Below, one piece after another: positions 1-8,230 of a DNA stretch of 64,000 nt; position 1 is the stretch's first letter, and each line of letters opens with the position of its first letter. Source of the stretch: an uncultured Geobacteraceae bacterium (GTDB lineage: Bacteria > Desulfobacterota > Desulfuromonadia > Geobacterales > Pseudopelobacteraceae). Below the pieces are notes generated by a model. That model ran no database searches, was not told the origin of the DNA, and was given only the letters and a program-made list of their open reading frames with translations. The stretch lies in NCBI GenBank assembly GCA_903925005.1, contig CAIYDX010000399.1, positions 21,867 through 85,866 on the forward strand. Reading direction: 5' to 3'. The translations under genes and the position numbers were made by a program.

Positions 1-835
1 CAAGCCGGCTAATGTGGTAATCCGGGGGGTGGGGAGCAGCGCGCTTGCGCTCCGGCCCCAGGTGCGGCTGATCGCCGGGCGCATGCCCAAACCCGGTTCG
101 GACGAAGTCATTGCCGGAAAGAGTATTGCCGAACGTTTTCAGGGGGGAGGCATCGGCGAGCGCTTGCGCTTCGGCATGCGCGACTGGACGGTGGTCGGTA
201 CGTTTGCTGCAGGGACTACCGGCTTCAATTCTGAAATATGGGGGGATGTGGACCAATTGATGCAAGCCTTCCGCAGGCCTGTCTATTCCTCGGTGCTGTT
301 CCGGTTGCGGGACTCGTCAGAGTTCGAACGGGTGAAGGAAAGTATTGAGAGCAACCCGCGTCTGACATTGGAAGCAAAGCGAGAGACGCGCTATTACGCC
401 GACCAGTCCGAAATGATGGCCAAATTTCTGCGTATCCTCGGCTTGACCCTGACGGTGATATTCTCCCTGGGGGCGGTGATCGGCGCGATGATCACAATGT
501 ACGCCGCCGTGGCCAACAGGGTCACCGAAATTGGCACCCTGCGCGCCTTGGGTTTCGGTAAGGCAAGCATCCTGGCGGCCTTCGTCCTGGAGTCACTGTT
601 TCTTGGACTGGTGGGGGGAGTGTTGGGCGTATTCTGTGCCTCCTTCATGCAATTGATCACGATATCGACCATGAACTGGCAGACCTTTGCCGAACTCGCC
701 TTCAGTTTCAGTCTGACCTTCGGGATTGTTGGCAAATCACTCTGTTTTTCGCTGGTAATGGGGTTTGTCGGCGGGCTGCTGCCGGCGGTGCGGGCCGCGC
801 GGATGAATATCGTCGAGGCGCTCAGGGCGACGTGA
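1..835 (+). CDS. ABC transporter permease, FtsX/MacB-LolE type, C-terminal part (5' end lies outside the window)
   Basis: The frame is open from the window edge (codons at 2-13 precede the listed GTG at 14). A soluble periplasmic-type segment is followed by three hydrophobic helices and the C-terminal LPAVRAARMNIVEALR tail typical of FtsX-family permeases. Confidence 0.8.
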   Translation, partial: KPANVVIRGVGSSALALRPQVRLIAGRMPKPGSDEVIAGKSIAERFQGGGIGERLRFGMRDWTVVGTFAAGTTGFNSEIWGDVDQLMQAFRRPVYSSVLFRLRDSSEFERVKESIESNPRLTLEAKRETRYYADQSEMMAKFLRILGLTLTVIFSLGAVIGAMITMYAAVANRVTEIGTLRALGFGKASILAAFVLESLFLGLVGGVLGVFCASFMQLITISTMNWQTFAELAFSFSLTFGIVGKSLCFSLVMGFVGGLLPAVRAARMNIVEALRAT

Positions 836-865
836 TGGGGAGGGATTGTTAAACAGCTTGCCAAT

Positions 866-892
866 GCGGTGAATACGGGCTGTATTCACCGC
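866..892. terminator. Intergenic stem-loop between convergent genes (possible bidirectional terminator)
   Basis: Perfect 11-bp inverted repeat GCGGTGAATAC-GGGCT-GTATTCACCGC. No clear trailing U-run on either strand. Confidence 0.4.
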
Positions 893-964
893 AAAAGGTG
901 CTGAGAATAACAGTTTATATTAGTACTAACGCGAAAACCACTCGTATGAATTGCCTAAGCGGCA

Positions 965-1492
965 TCAATCGTTGATATACTGCAGCGAATACTTCACATA
1001 ATTACCGGGCGATTTTTTCAGCCATGCCACTTCATCCGGCGTCAGGTCCCGCTTGTATTTGGCCGGCGCCCCTACCCAGAGGGTGTTGGAAGGAATGATC
1101 GTCCCCTCGGTTACCAGCGCCCGCGCCCCTATCAGCGCCCCCTCGCCTACCACGGCATGATCCATCACCATGGCCTGCATCCCGATAAAACAGCCGTTGT
1201 TAAGAGTACAGCCGTGCAGGGTCACGCTGTGACCGATAGTGACGTCATCGCCGATTATCAACGGCGCTCCGGGGTCGTCGGCATGTTTTTTGTGGGTGAC
1301 GTGCAGCATGGAGAGATCCTGCACGTTGCTGCGGTCGCCGATACGGATATGATTGACGTCGCCGCGAACCACGCAGTTGTACCAGATGCTTGATTGTGCC
1401 CCGATCTCGACATCGCCGATAATCACGGCGGTTTCGGCAATAAAGGCGGTCGGGTCGATGGTGGGGTGGATGCCTTGAAAAGATTTGATCAT
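965..1492 (-). CDS. Gamma-class carbonic anhydrase-like / left-handed beta-helix hexapeptide-repeat protein (YrdA/PaaY family)
   Basis: 175-aa ORF with a repeated hexapeptide pattern (VIIGDVEIGAQSSIWYNCVVRGDVNHIRIGDRSNVQD, LIIGDDVTIGHSVTLHGCTL) and the size typical of this family. Confidence 0.85.
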   Translation of the reverse strand: MIKSFQGIHPTIDPTAFIAETAVIIGDVEIGAQSSIWYNCVVRGDVNHIRIGDRSNVQDLSMLHVTHKKHADDPGAPLIIGDDVTIGHSVTLHGCTLNNGCFIGMQAMVMDHAVVGEGALIGARALVTEGTIIPSNTLWVGAPAKYKRDLTPDEVAWLKKSPGNYVKYSLQYIND

Positions 1493-1664
1493 GGTAGCAA
1501 TACCTCAAAAGAAAATATATCAGCGAGCCGGAGTATAACCGCTTGACCACGGCTTGGCAATCTTGGCGTTTCAGCTGAGGAAAGATAGATTAAACTACTT
1601 GTTGCCACGCTCTGTTTTTGCTACACTGCGAAGTCAATTTTAACCAGCAAGGGGATTCAACACG

Positions 1665-2501
1665 ATGAAATTTACCAAGATGCAGGGCGCCGGCAATGAC
1701 TACGTCTATGTAAACTGCTTTGAGGAGACGGTCAGCGACCCGCAACAGACAGCGATACAGGTATCGAACCGAAATTTCGGAATAGGTTCGGACGGATTGA
1801 TCCTGATAATGCCGTCAGAGGTAGCCGATGTGCGGATGCGGATGTTCAACTCCGATGGTTCCGAGTCGGAGATGTGCGGCAACGGTATCCGCTGTGTCGC
1901 CAAGTATGCTTACGACCATGGTATTGTGAAGCGGACTGAAATAACTGCCGAGACCGGTGCTGGTGTCCTTACTCTGCAGCTCTTCCCCGGAAACAACGGA
2001 AAGATTGCTAAGGTGCGTGTCAACATGGGTCCGCCACGTCTGACGCGCGCTGAAATTCCGATGACTGGCGATTCCGGCGCAAAAGTGATTGCCGAAGAAT
2101 TGACAGTCCTGGACAAAACCTTCAAAATTACCTGTGCTTCAATGGGTAACCCGCACTGTGTCATCTTTGTCGAAGATGTTGCCAATTTCCCGGTTGCCAC
2201 CTATGGGCCGCTTATAGAAAATCATGATCTCTTTCCGCGCCGAACCAATGTAGAGTTTATCCAGATCATTTCCCGCACTGAAATCAGGCAACGCACCTGG
2301 GAGAGGGGCGCCGGCGAAACCTTGGCCTGCGGCACCGGTTCCAGCGCCGTAACGGCAGCATGCGTACTGAACGGCCTGACAGAGAAAAAGATCCTCAACC
2401 ATCTGTCCGGCGGTGATCTTGAAATGGAATGGGCCGATGACGGTTGCATCTACATGACCGGCCCGGCGGTAGAGGTGTTCAGCGGGGAAATTACGCTGTA
2501 A
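1665..2501 (+). CDS. dapF: Diaminopimelate epimerase
   Basis: 278 aa. N-terminal [16 protein letters not shown] and two catalytic-Cys motifs (MCGNGIRC and LACGTGSSA). Confidence 0.92.
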   Translation: MKFTKMQGAGNDYVYVNCFEETVSDPQQTAIQVSNRNFGIGSDGLILIMPSEVADVRMRMFNSDGSESEMCGNGIRCVAKYAYDHGIVKRTEITAETGAGVLTLQLFPGNNGKIAKVRVNMGPPRLTRAEIPMTGDSGAKVIAEELTVLDKTFKITCASMGNPHCVIFVEDVANFPVATYGPLIENHDLFPRRTNVEFIQIISRTEIRQRTWERGAGETLACGTGSSAVTAACVLNGLTEKKILNHLSGGDLEMEWADDGCIYMTGPAVEVFSGEITL

Positions 2502-2540
2502 AAAAACAATTGTATCTTCAGCCCTCAAAATACAGGTCCT

Positions 2541-3431
2541 ATGCCACGTATCGTTAACATCATAAATCTTCTTCTGGGAGTTGTAATCATTGCCCTGCTG
2601 GCGGGAATTGCTACCGAGCGTCTGTCGGCCCGGCTCGGGAAGACATTTCAGCCCAAAGGTGCCACCGCGACCGCCTCTCCCGCCCCCGTCCCTCCGCGCA
2701 CGGAAGAGCTCTCTTTTTACGCCCCGATTCTGACGGGCGGATTGTTCGGCAAAGCGGCTTTAGGCCAGTTGACTCTCATTACAAATGCTCCGGCGGCGGC
2801 TCAAGCCGCTCCGGTGACCGCTCCGACCGAACTGATGCTGCTTGGGACGGTAGTCGGATCGTTCCGTGAAACTTTCGCCCTGGTGCGACATACGGTAAAA
2901 CAGGAAGAACGGGTGTTCCGGCTGGGAGATATGGTCTTTGATGCCGGACGTCTGGTGGAGGTCGGCAAGGAGCGGGCGTTTATCGTCATCAACAACAAGA
3001 AAGTCGAACTGTTGACTCCGATGACGCCGCCGCCATCGCCAACGTCGCCTCAGGCCGGTCAACCGGCAGCGGGAACACAGAGTAAGAACAGTGCGGTGGC
3101 CAGCACCGGAGCGGGCAGTTTTGTTATCGATCAGCGGGCTCTTAACGCCGCGCTTGACAATCCCTCCCAGGCGATGAGCGATGCAAGGCTGCTCCCGAGC
3201 CAGAAGGATGGCAAGGTTGAGGGGTTCCGCGCTTCGGAGGTAAAGCCGAATGGCGTGTTTTCAATGATCGGCATTAAAAACGGCGATGTTTTGTTGCGGT
3301 TAAACGATTTTCCGATGGATTCTCCAGATAAGGCGTTGCAGTCTTTTATCGCTCTCAAGGGGCAGAATCGACTGAAGCTGGATATTATTCGCGAGGGTCA
3401 GCCGCAGACGTTCAATTACGATATCAGATGA
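2541..3431 (+). CDS. gspC: Type II secretion system protein C-like (TM anchor, HR region, C-terminal PDZ)
   Basis: N-terminal TM helix and a Pro/Ala-rich linker. HR-like block (RVFRLGDMVFDAGRLVEVGKERAFIVINNKKVELL) and a PDZ-like C-terminus (GIKNGDVLLRLNDFPMDSPDKALQSF). Sits directly upstream of the secretin gene. Confidence 0.75.
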   Translation: MPRIVNIINLLLGVVIIALLAGIATERLSARLGKTFQPKGATATASPAPVPPRTEELSFYAPILTGGLFGKAALGQLTLITNAPAAAQAAPVTAPTELMLLGTVVGSFRETFALVRHTVKQEERVFRLGDMVFDAGRLVEVGKERAFIVINNKKVELLTPMTPPPSPTSPQAGQPAAGTQSKNSAVASTGAGSFVIDQRALNAALDNPSQAMSDARLLPSQKDGKVEGFRASEVKPNGVFSMIGIKNGDVLLRLNDFPMDSPDKALQSFIALKGQNRLKLDIIREGQPQTFNYDIR

Positions 3432-3480
3432 ATCCCTTCCCGTTCCCTTAGGTTCTGCTAAAGGAACGGGAAGTAGCAAT

Positions 3481-5397
3481 TTGGAGGCACACTTGACACG
3501 ATATTTACTCCGTACATTTTGTACCCTTGTTCTGGCAGGAGCGCTTTTTGCCTCCCCGGCTCTCGCTAATGTCGGCAAGGGGGTGGTGCTGAATTTTAAC
3601 GAGGTTGATATCTCCACCATGGTGAAATTCATCAGTGACCTGACCGGCAAAAATTTCATCCTCGATGACCGGGTCAAAGGGAAAATTTCGGTTTACTCCC
3701 CTTCCAAACTCTCGATCGAGGAGGCGTATAACGTTTTCACCTCGGTGCTGGAGCTGAAAGGCTTTACCGTGGTCCAGAGCGGCAAGGTTGCCAAAATAGT
3801 CCCGACTGCGTCCGCCAAGCAGTCAGGCTTCCGGCTGCTGCCGAATGGGGAACAGCCTCCGGTCAATGAAAGCTACGTGGCCCAGGTGACCAAGCTGGAA
3901 TATATAACAGCCCAGGAAGCGGTGACTTTTCTGCAGCCGATGGTATCCAAGGATGGGCACCTATCGGCTTTCGGCCCGGGCAATCTGCTCCTGATGGTCG
4001 ATTCTTCCATCAACATTCGCAAACTGCACGGCATTTTGCAGACGATTGACACCGAGCGCATCCGCGAAGGACTTGAGATCATCTATCTCAAAAGCGCCTC
4101 GGCGGAAAGCGTCGCGACAACGGTCCGGCAGTGGCTGACCGGCTCTGATGGCAAAGCCGGCGGGCAGCCCGCTCCTGCCGGAGGGGGTATCACGACTCAA
4201 GTTCTGGCGGATCAGCGTCTGAATGCCCTGTTGATTTTCGGTAACGATACGATCAAGAAAACGATTCGCGAACTGGTGGCAAAACTGGATGTCACCCAGC
4301 CCGAAGCGAACAGCAAAGTCAACGTATATTACCTGGAAAACACCGACGCTACCGAGATGGCAAAAGTCCTGGACGGTGTCGTCAAAGGGATCACCGTACA
4401 GGCAACCCCCGGAGCGCCGCAGGCATCCCCGTTCGATAGCGGCAAAGTTACGATAACTCCCGACAAGGCTTCCAATTCGCTTGTCATCATGGCCTCTCCC
4501 GCCGATTACAGTAATCTTGTTCAGGTTATCAAAAAGCTTGACCGTCGCAGCAAACAGGTCTTTGTGCAGGTACTTATTGCCGAAGTTTCGCTCGACAAAT
4601 CAAGGGCTCTCGGCACTCAGATCGGACTGGTCGGGGCTGGGGTGAAAGGCAATGTGGCCGGCGGCGTTATGTATGATCCGTTTAACGCTCTGTCGAATAT
4701 GCTTGCAACTGCAAGTACCGGCACAGGAGGGATATCGACGCTGCTCAGCGGAAAAATCGGCACTCAACCGATAAATGTTGCCGCTGTCATTCAGGCACTT
4801 GACTCCAACAACCTGCTTAACGTGCTGTCAACGCCCAATATTCTGACCTCGGACAACAAGGAAGCAGAAATATTCGTCGGTGAGAACATACCTTTTGGAG
4901 GGCAGTCCGTTGTTTCCGCCGGAATCCAGACACAATCCACCGATCGTAAGGACGTCGGTATCAACCTCAAGATCAAGCCGCAGATCAGCGAAGGGGATTA
5001 TATTCGGCTCGATATCAATCAGGAGATATCAGCGGTCAAGGATGTTATAACTGTCGGCGCCGGCCTTACTGATCGCAGTACTACCAAACGCTCCGCCAAG
5101 ACCAGTATCGTTGTGAAAGACAATGAGACAATCATTATCGGCGGGCTCATACAGGACCAGGAATCTGAACTAGTCAGCAAGGTTCCCCTGCTTGGAGATA
5201 TTCCCCTGCTTGGCTGGCTGTTCAAGACCAAATCGAAGGCACACAATAAAACCAACCTGATGATCATGTTAACGCCGCGTATCGTCAAGGATGAAAGAGA
5301 CATGGCAGAAATGACCGGCAGCCAGCGTGTAAAGTTTATCGGCGCGGTTAACAACGAGAAGTCTCTGGATGTGAAGAAAGAGATTTCCGGCAAATGA
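3481..5397 (+). CDS. gspD: Type II secretion system secretin
   Basis: Signal peptide (..LAGALFASPALA), N-domain repeats, and a C-terminal secretin block (VPLLGDIPLLGWLFK..NLMIMLTPRIV). The listed start is TTG 3481. TTG 3493 is preceded by GGAGG at 3483-3487 and is the likelier start. Confidence 0.9.
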   Translation: MEAHLTRYLLRTFCTLVLAGALFASPALANVGKGVVLNFNEVDISTMVKFISDLTGKNFILDDRVKGKISVYSPSKLSIEEAYNVFTSVLELKGFTVVQSGKVAKIVPTASAKQSGFRLLPNGEQPPVNESYVAQVTKLEYITAQEAVTFLQPMVSKDGHLSAFGPGNLLLMVDSSINIRKLHGILQTIDTERIREGLEIIYLKSASAESVATTVRQWLTGSDGKAGGQPAPAGGGITTQVLADQRLNALLIFGNDTIKKTIRELVAKLDVTQPEANSKVNVYYLENTDATEMAKVLDGVVKGITVQATPGAPQASPFDSGKVTITPDKASNSLVIMASPADYSNLVQVIKKLDRRSKQVFVQVLIAEVSLDKSRALGTQIGLVGAGVKGNVAGGVMYDPFNALSNMLATASTGTGGISTLLSGKIGTQPINVAAVIQALDSNNLLNVLSTPNILTSDNKEAEIFVGENIPFGGQSVVSAGIQTQSTDRKDVGINLKIKPQISEGDYIRLDINQEISAVKDVITVGAGLTDRSTTKRSAKTSIVVKDNETIIIGGLIQDQESELVSKVPLLGDIPLLGWLFKTKSKAHNKTNLMIMLTPRIVKDERDMAEMTGSQRVKFIGAVNNEKSLDVKKEISGK

Positions 5398-6971
5398 GTA
5401 CCGGTACAGCGAACGTTCCTGATGAGTTGGCGGTCACTGCCGGAAGGTTGGGAATAGAGTGCCAGCATGAAATTCATATTGATGAGGTCGATTCAGGACT
5501 TCTGAACAGGCTGCCGCTGACGTTTGCCCGCGCCAATTCCATGTTGCCGCTGCGGGAAGTTGACGGAGTTATCAGGGTTGCCGTTTCCACTGCAGCCGGA
5601 CTGCTGCTGCTTGACGAACTCCGCATGCTGTTCGACGCGCCGATCCAGGCGGTGCTGGTGCCGGCGCCGCTTTTGGCGGACAGCATCAATCATCTCTATG
5701 CCGGCGCCTCCGGGACGGCCCTCGATGTGCTGCAGGAGCTGCAGGGTGAAGATCTCTCGACGGTTGCCACCGAACTGAATAACCCGACGGACCTGCTGGA
5801 TCTGTCGGACGAAGCGCCGGTCATCCGCCTGCTCAACTCGATTCTATCGGAAGCGGTCAAAGAGCGGGTCAGCGATATCCATATCGAACCGTACGAACGG
5901 GATCTTCTGGTCCGCTTCCGCATCGACGGCATCCTTTACGAAAAGCTGGCCCCCCCGAAGATTATCCAGGACGCGCTGGTTTCACGCATCAAAATCATGG
6001 CCGGTCTCAACATCGCCGAGAAACGGCTGCCGCAAGACGGCCGTATCCGTGTGCGGGTTGCGGGGCGCGATGTCGATATCCGCGTTTCGATCATTCCGAC
6101 GTACTACGGCGAGCGGGCCGTTCTGCGTCTTTTGGACAAGAAGAAGGGCATACTGTCGCTGGCCGACATCGGACTCGGAGAGCATGGCGTCCGTACGCTG
6201 GAGCGGATGCTGAACCGGACTAGCGGCATCATCCTGGTGACCGGCCCGACCGGCAGCGGTAAGTCCACGACGCTGTACGCCGCACTGAACAAGGTCAATT
6301 CCAGCGAAAAAAACATCATCACCATTGAAGATCCGATCGAATACCAGATCAGGGGTATCGGTCAGATTCAGGTCAATCCGAAGATAGATCTGACCTTTGC
6401 CGGGGGGCTTCGCTCGATCTTGCGCCAGGATCCCGACATCATCATGGTCGGCGAAATCCGCGACGCCGAAACGGCCGAAATCGCCATTCAAGCCAGCCTT
6501 ACCGGACATCTGGTGCTTTCGACACTGCATACCAACGATGCTGCCACCGCCGTAACCCGCCTCGTGGATATGGGAATCGAACCGTTCATGATCGCCTCCT
6601 CTTTATCAGCCGTTGTTGCTCAACGTCTGGTGCGGGTAATCTGCCCGCATTGTCGCGAAGAGTATCGTCCAGAGGAACAGTACGCCGGAATGACGCTGCC
6701 TGACAAGCTGTACCGGGGCCGGGGATGCGACGCCTGCTTCGGCCTCGGCACTTTGGGAAGGACCGCCATCTATGAAATCATGCCGATCGATCAGGAACTC
6801 TGTTCAATGATCATCCGCCGTTCGCACGCCGGGGAGATCAAGGAGTACGCGGTTGCGCACGGCATGAAAACCCTTCGTGATGACGGCCTTGCCAGGGCCG
6901 CTGCCGGGATTACGACAATCGAAGAGGTTCTGCGCGTTACCCAGGACGATTATGCCGACGTTCCGCTATAA
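5394..6971 (+). CDS. gspE: Type II secretion ATPase
   Basis: Walker A GPTGSGKST, Asp/His boxes, and a tetracysteine CPHC...CDAC motif. Start overlaps the gspD stop by 4 nt. Confidence 0.92.
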   Translation: MSTGTANVPDELAVTAGRLGIECQHEIHIDEVDSGLLNRLPLTFARANSMLPLREVDGVIRVAVSTAAGLLLLDELRMLFDAPIQAVLVPAPLLADSINHLYAGASGTALDVLQELQGEDLSTVATELNNPTDLLDLSDEAPVIRLLNSILSEAVKERVSDIHIEPYERDLLVRFRIDGILYEKLAPPKIIQDALVSRIKIMAGLNIAEKRLPQDGRIRVRVAGRDVDIRVSIIPTYYGERAVLRLLDKKKGILSLADIGLGEHGVRTLERMLNRTSGIILVTGPTGSGKSTTLYAALNKVNSSEKNIITIEDPIEYQIRGIGQIQVNPKIDLTFAGGLRSILRQDPDIIMVGEIRDAETAEIAIQASLTGHLVLSTLHTNDAATAVTRLVDMGIEPFMIASSLSAVVAQRLVRVICPHCREEYRPEEQYAGMTLPDKLYRGRGCDACFGLGTLGRTAIYEIMPIDQELCSMIIRRSHAGEIKEYAVAHGMKTLRDDGLARAAAGITTIEEVLRVTQDDYADVPL

Positions 6972-8163
6972 AGCGTACAGTGCCACCGGATCCGCGGTCT
7001 CCGGCATGGTTGAGGCTGATTCCGAACGACAGGCGATACAGCAGCTTAAAGCTAAGGGTATGCTGCCGCGTGAACTGCTGGAAGAAGGTAGTGCAGCAGA
7101 CCGCTCCGGGTCGTTTTCCTTCCGGCGTGGTGTTTCGACTGATGAGCTGTCGCTCTTCACCCGTCGTCTTGCCACTCTGGTGGCGTCGTCCGTGCCGCTC
7201 TTCGAAGCGATGGGATCGCTCTGCGAACAGGAGGAAAGCGGACCGCTTCGTCAGGCGCTGGTTCGGGTAAAAGAGCGTATCGCCGAAGGGGCTTCGCTGT
7301 CTCGGGCACTGGCTGCCGAGCCAGACATATTCGGCGAAAGTTATGTCAGCATGGTGGCGGCAGGAGAAGCCGGCGGCGCTCTCGATGCGGTGCTGGAACG
7401 GCTGGCGGATTTTCTGGAGGAGCAGGAGCAGGTGCGGAGCAAGGTCACATCCGCATTGGTCTATCCGATTCTGATGATCTTCGTGGGGGGAGGTGTTATG
7501 ATCTTTCTGCTGACGGTTGTCATCCCACGCATCGTGACTATTTTCGAAAACAGCAAAGCATCCCTGCCGCTGATTACGATAATAGTTCTCAAAGTAAGTC
7601 ATTTCCTGCAGGGATACTGGTGGCTTCCCGCGTCCCTGATTATCGCCTCGGTTCCCCTCTATCGCAAAGCAATGAAACGTGACGATCTGCGTCTGAAACG
7701 CGACGCTTTGCTGCTCAAACTGCCGCTGGCCGGAGGGATGCTTCAACGCCTGATTCTCTCCCGCTTTGCCCGGGTTCTGGGACTACTGCTTTCCAGTGGG
7801 GTGCCGATCATGCGGGCACTGGAGATCACCGGCGAGGTTCTTGTCAACCGGGTGTACCGTTCATACCTGCGTGAGGTAATGGAAGAGGTTGCCCAAGGGG
7901 GGAGCCTGTCCGGAAGTCTGAAGAGAAGCCCACTGTTCCCGCCGCTTCTGGTGCATCTGGCGAGCGTTGGCGAGAAGAGCGGCAATCTGGAGGAAATGCT
8001 GGTAAAAGCGGGCGTTGCCTACGAGCGTGAGTTCAGTGCGCGCTTGACCCGTCTGATGGGGCTGATGGAGCCGCTGATGGTCCTGGCGATGGGATTGGCG
8101 GTTGGTATCATAGTAATTGCGGTACTGCTGCCGATTTTCGAGTTGAATCAGCTGATCAAGTAG
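6952..8163 (+). CDS. gspF: Type II secretion inner-membrane platform protein
   Basis: ATG 6952 (MPTFRYKAYSATG..) overlaps the gspE 3' end. Duplicated GspF/PilC cytoplasmic domains and three TM segments. The longer listed ORF from 6877 is an in-frame upstream extension. Confidence 0.9.
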   Translation: MPTFRYKAYSATGSAVSGMVEADSERQAIQQLKAKGMLPRELLEEGSAADRSGSFSFRRGVSTDELSLFTRRLATLVASSVPLFEAMGSLCEQEESGPLRQALVRVKERIAEGASLSRALAAEPDIFGESYVSMVAAGEAGGALDAVLERLADFLEEQEQVRSKVTSALVYPILMIFVGGGVMIFLLTVVIPRIVTIFENSKASLPLITIIVLKVSHFLQGYWWLPASLIIASVPLYRKAMKRDDLRLKRDALLLKLPLAGGMLQRLILSRFARVLGLLLSSGVPIMRALEITGEVLVNRVYRSYLREVMEEVAQGGSLSGSLKRSPLFPPLLVHLASVGEKSGNLEEMLVKAGVAYEREFSARLTRLMGLMEPLMVLAMGLAVGIIVIAVLLPIFELNQLIK

Positions 8164-8230
8164 GAAACTCTCCTTGTTGCTCGTATTGTTTGGAAATGAT
8201 TCTAACCTGGTTTGCTGATCCGGGGATAGC

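Noticed and set aside
6937-7746. 269-aa ORF antisense to gspF. Similar long antisense ORFs occur at 5982-6530, 9794-10315, 20551-21174, 37543-38427 and 57223-58161.
   Set aside because: Each lies entirely inside, and opposite to, a gene with strong family signatures. Their translations are Arg/Gly/His-rich with no motifs. They are typical stop-poor antisense frames.
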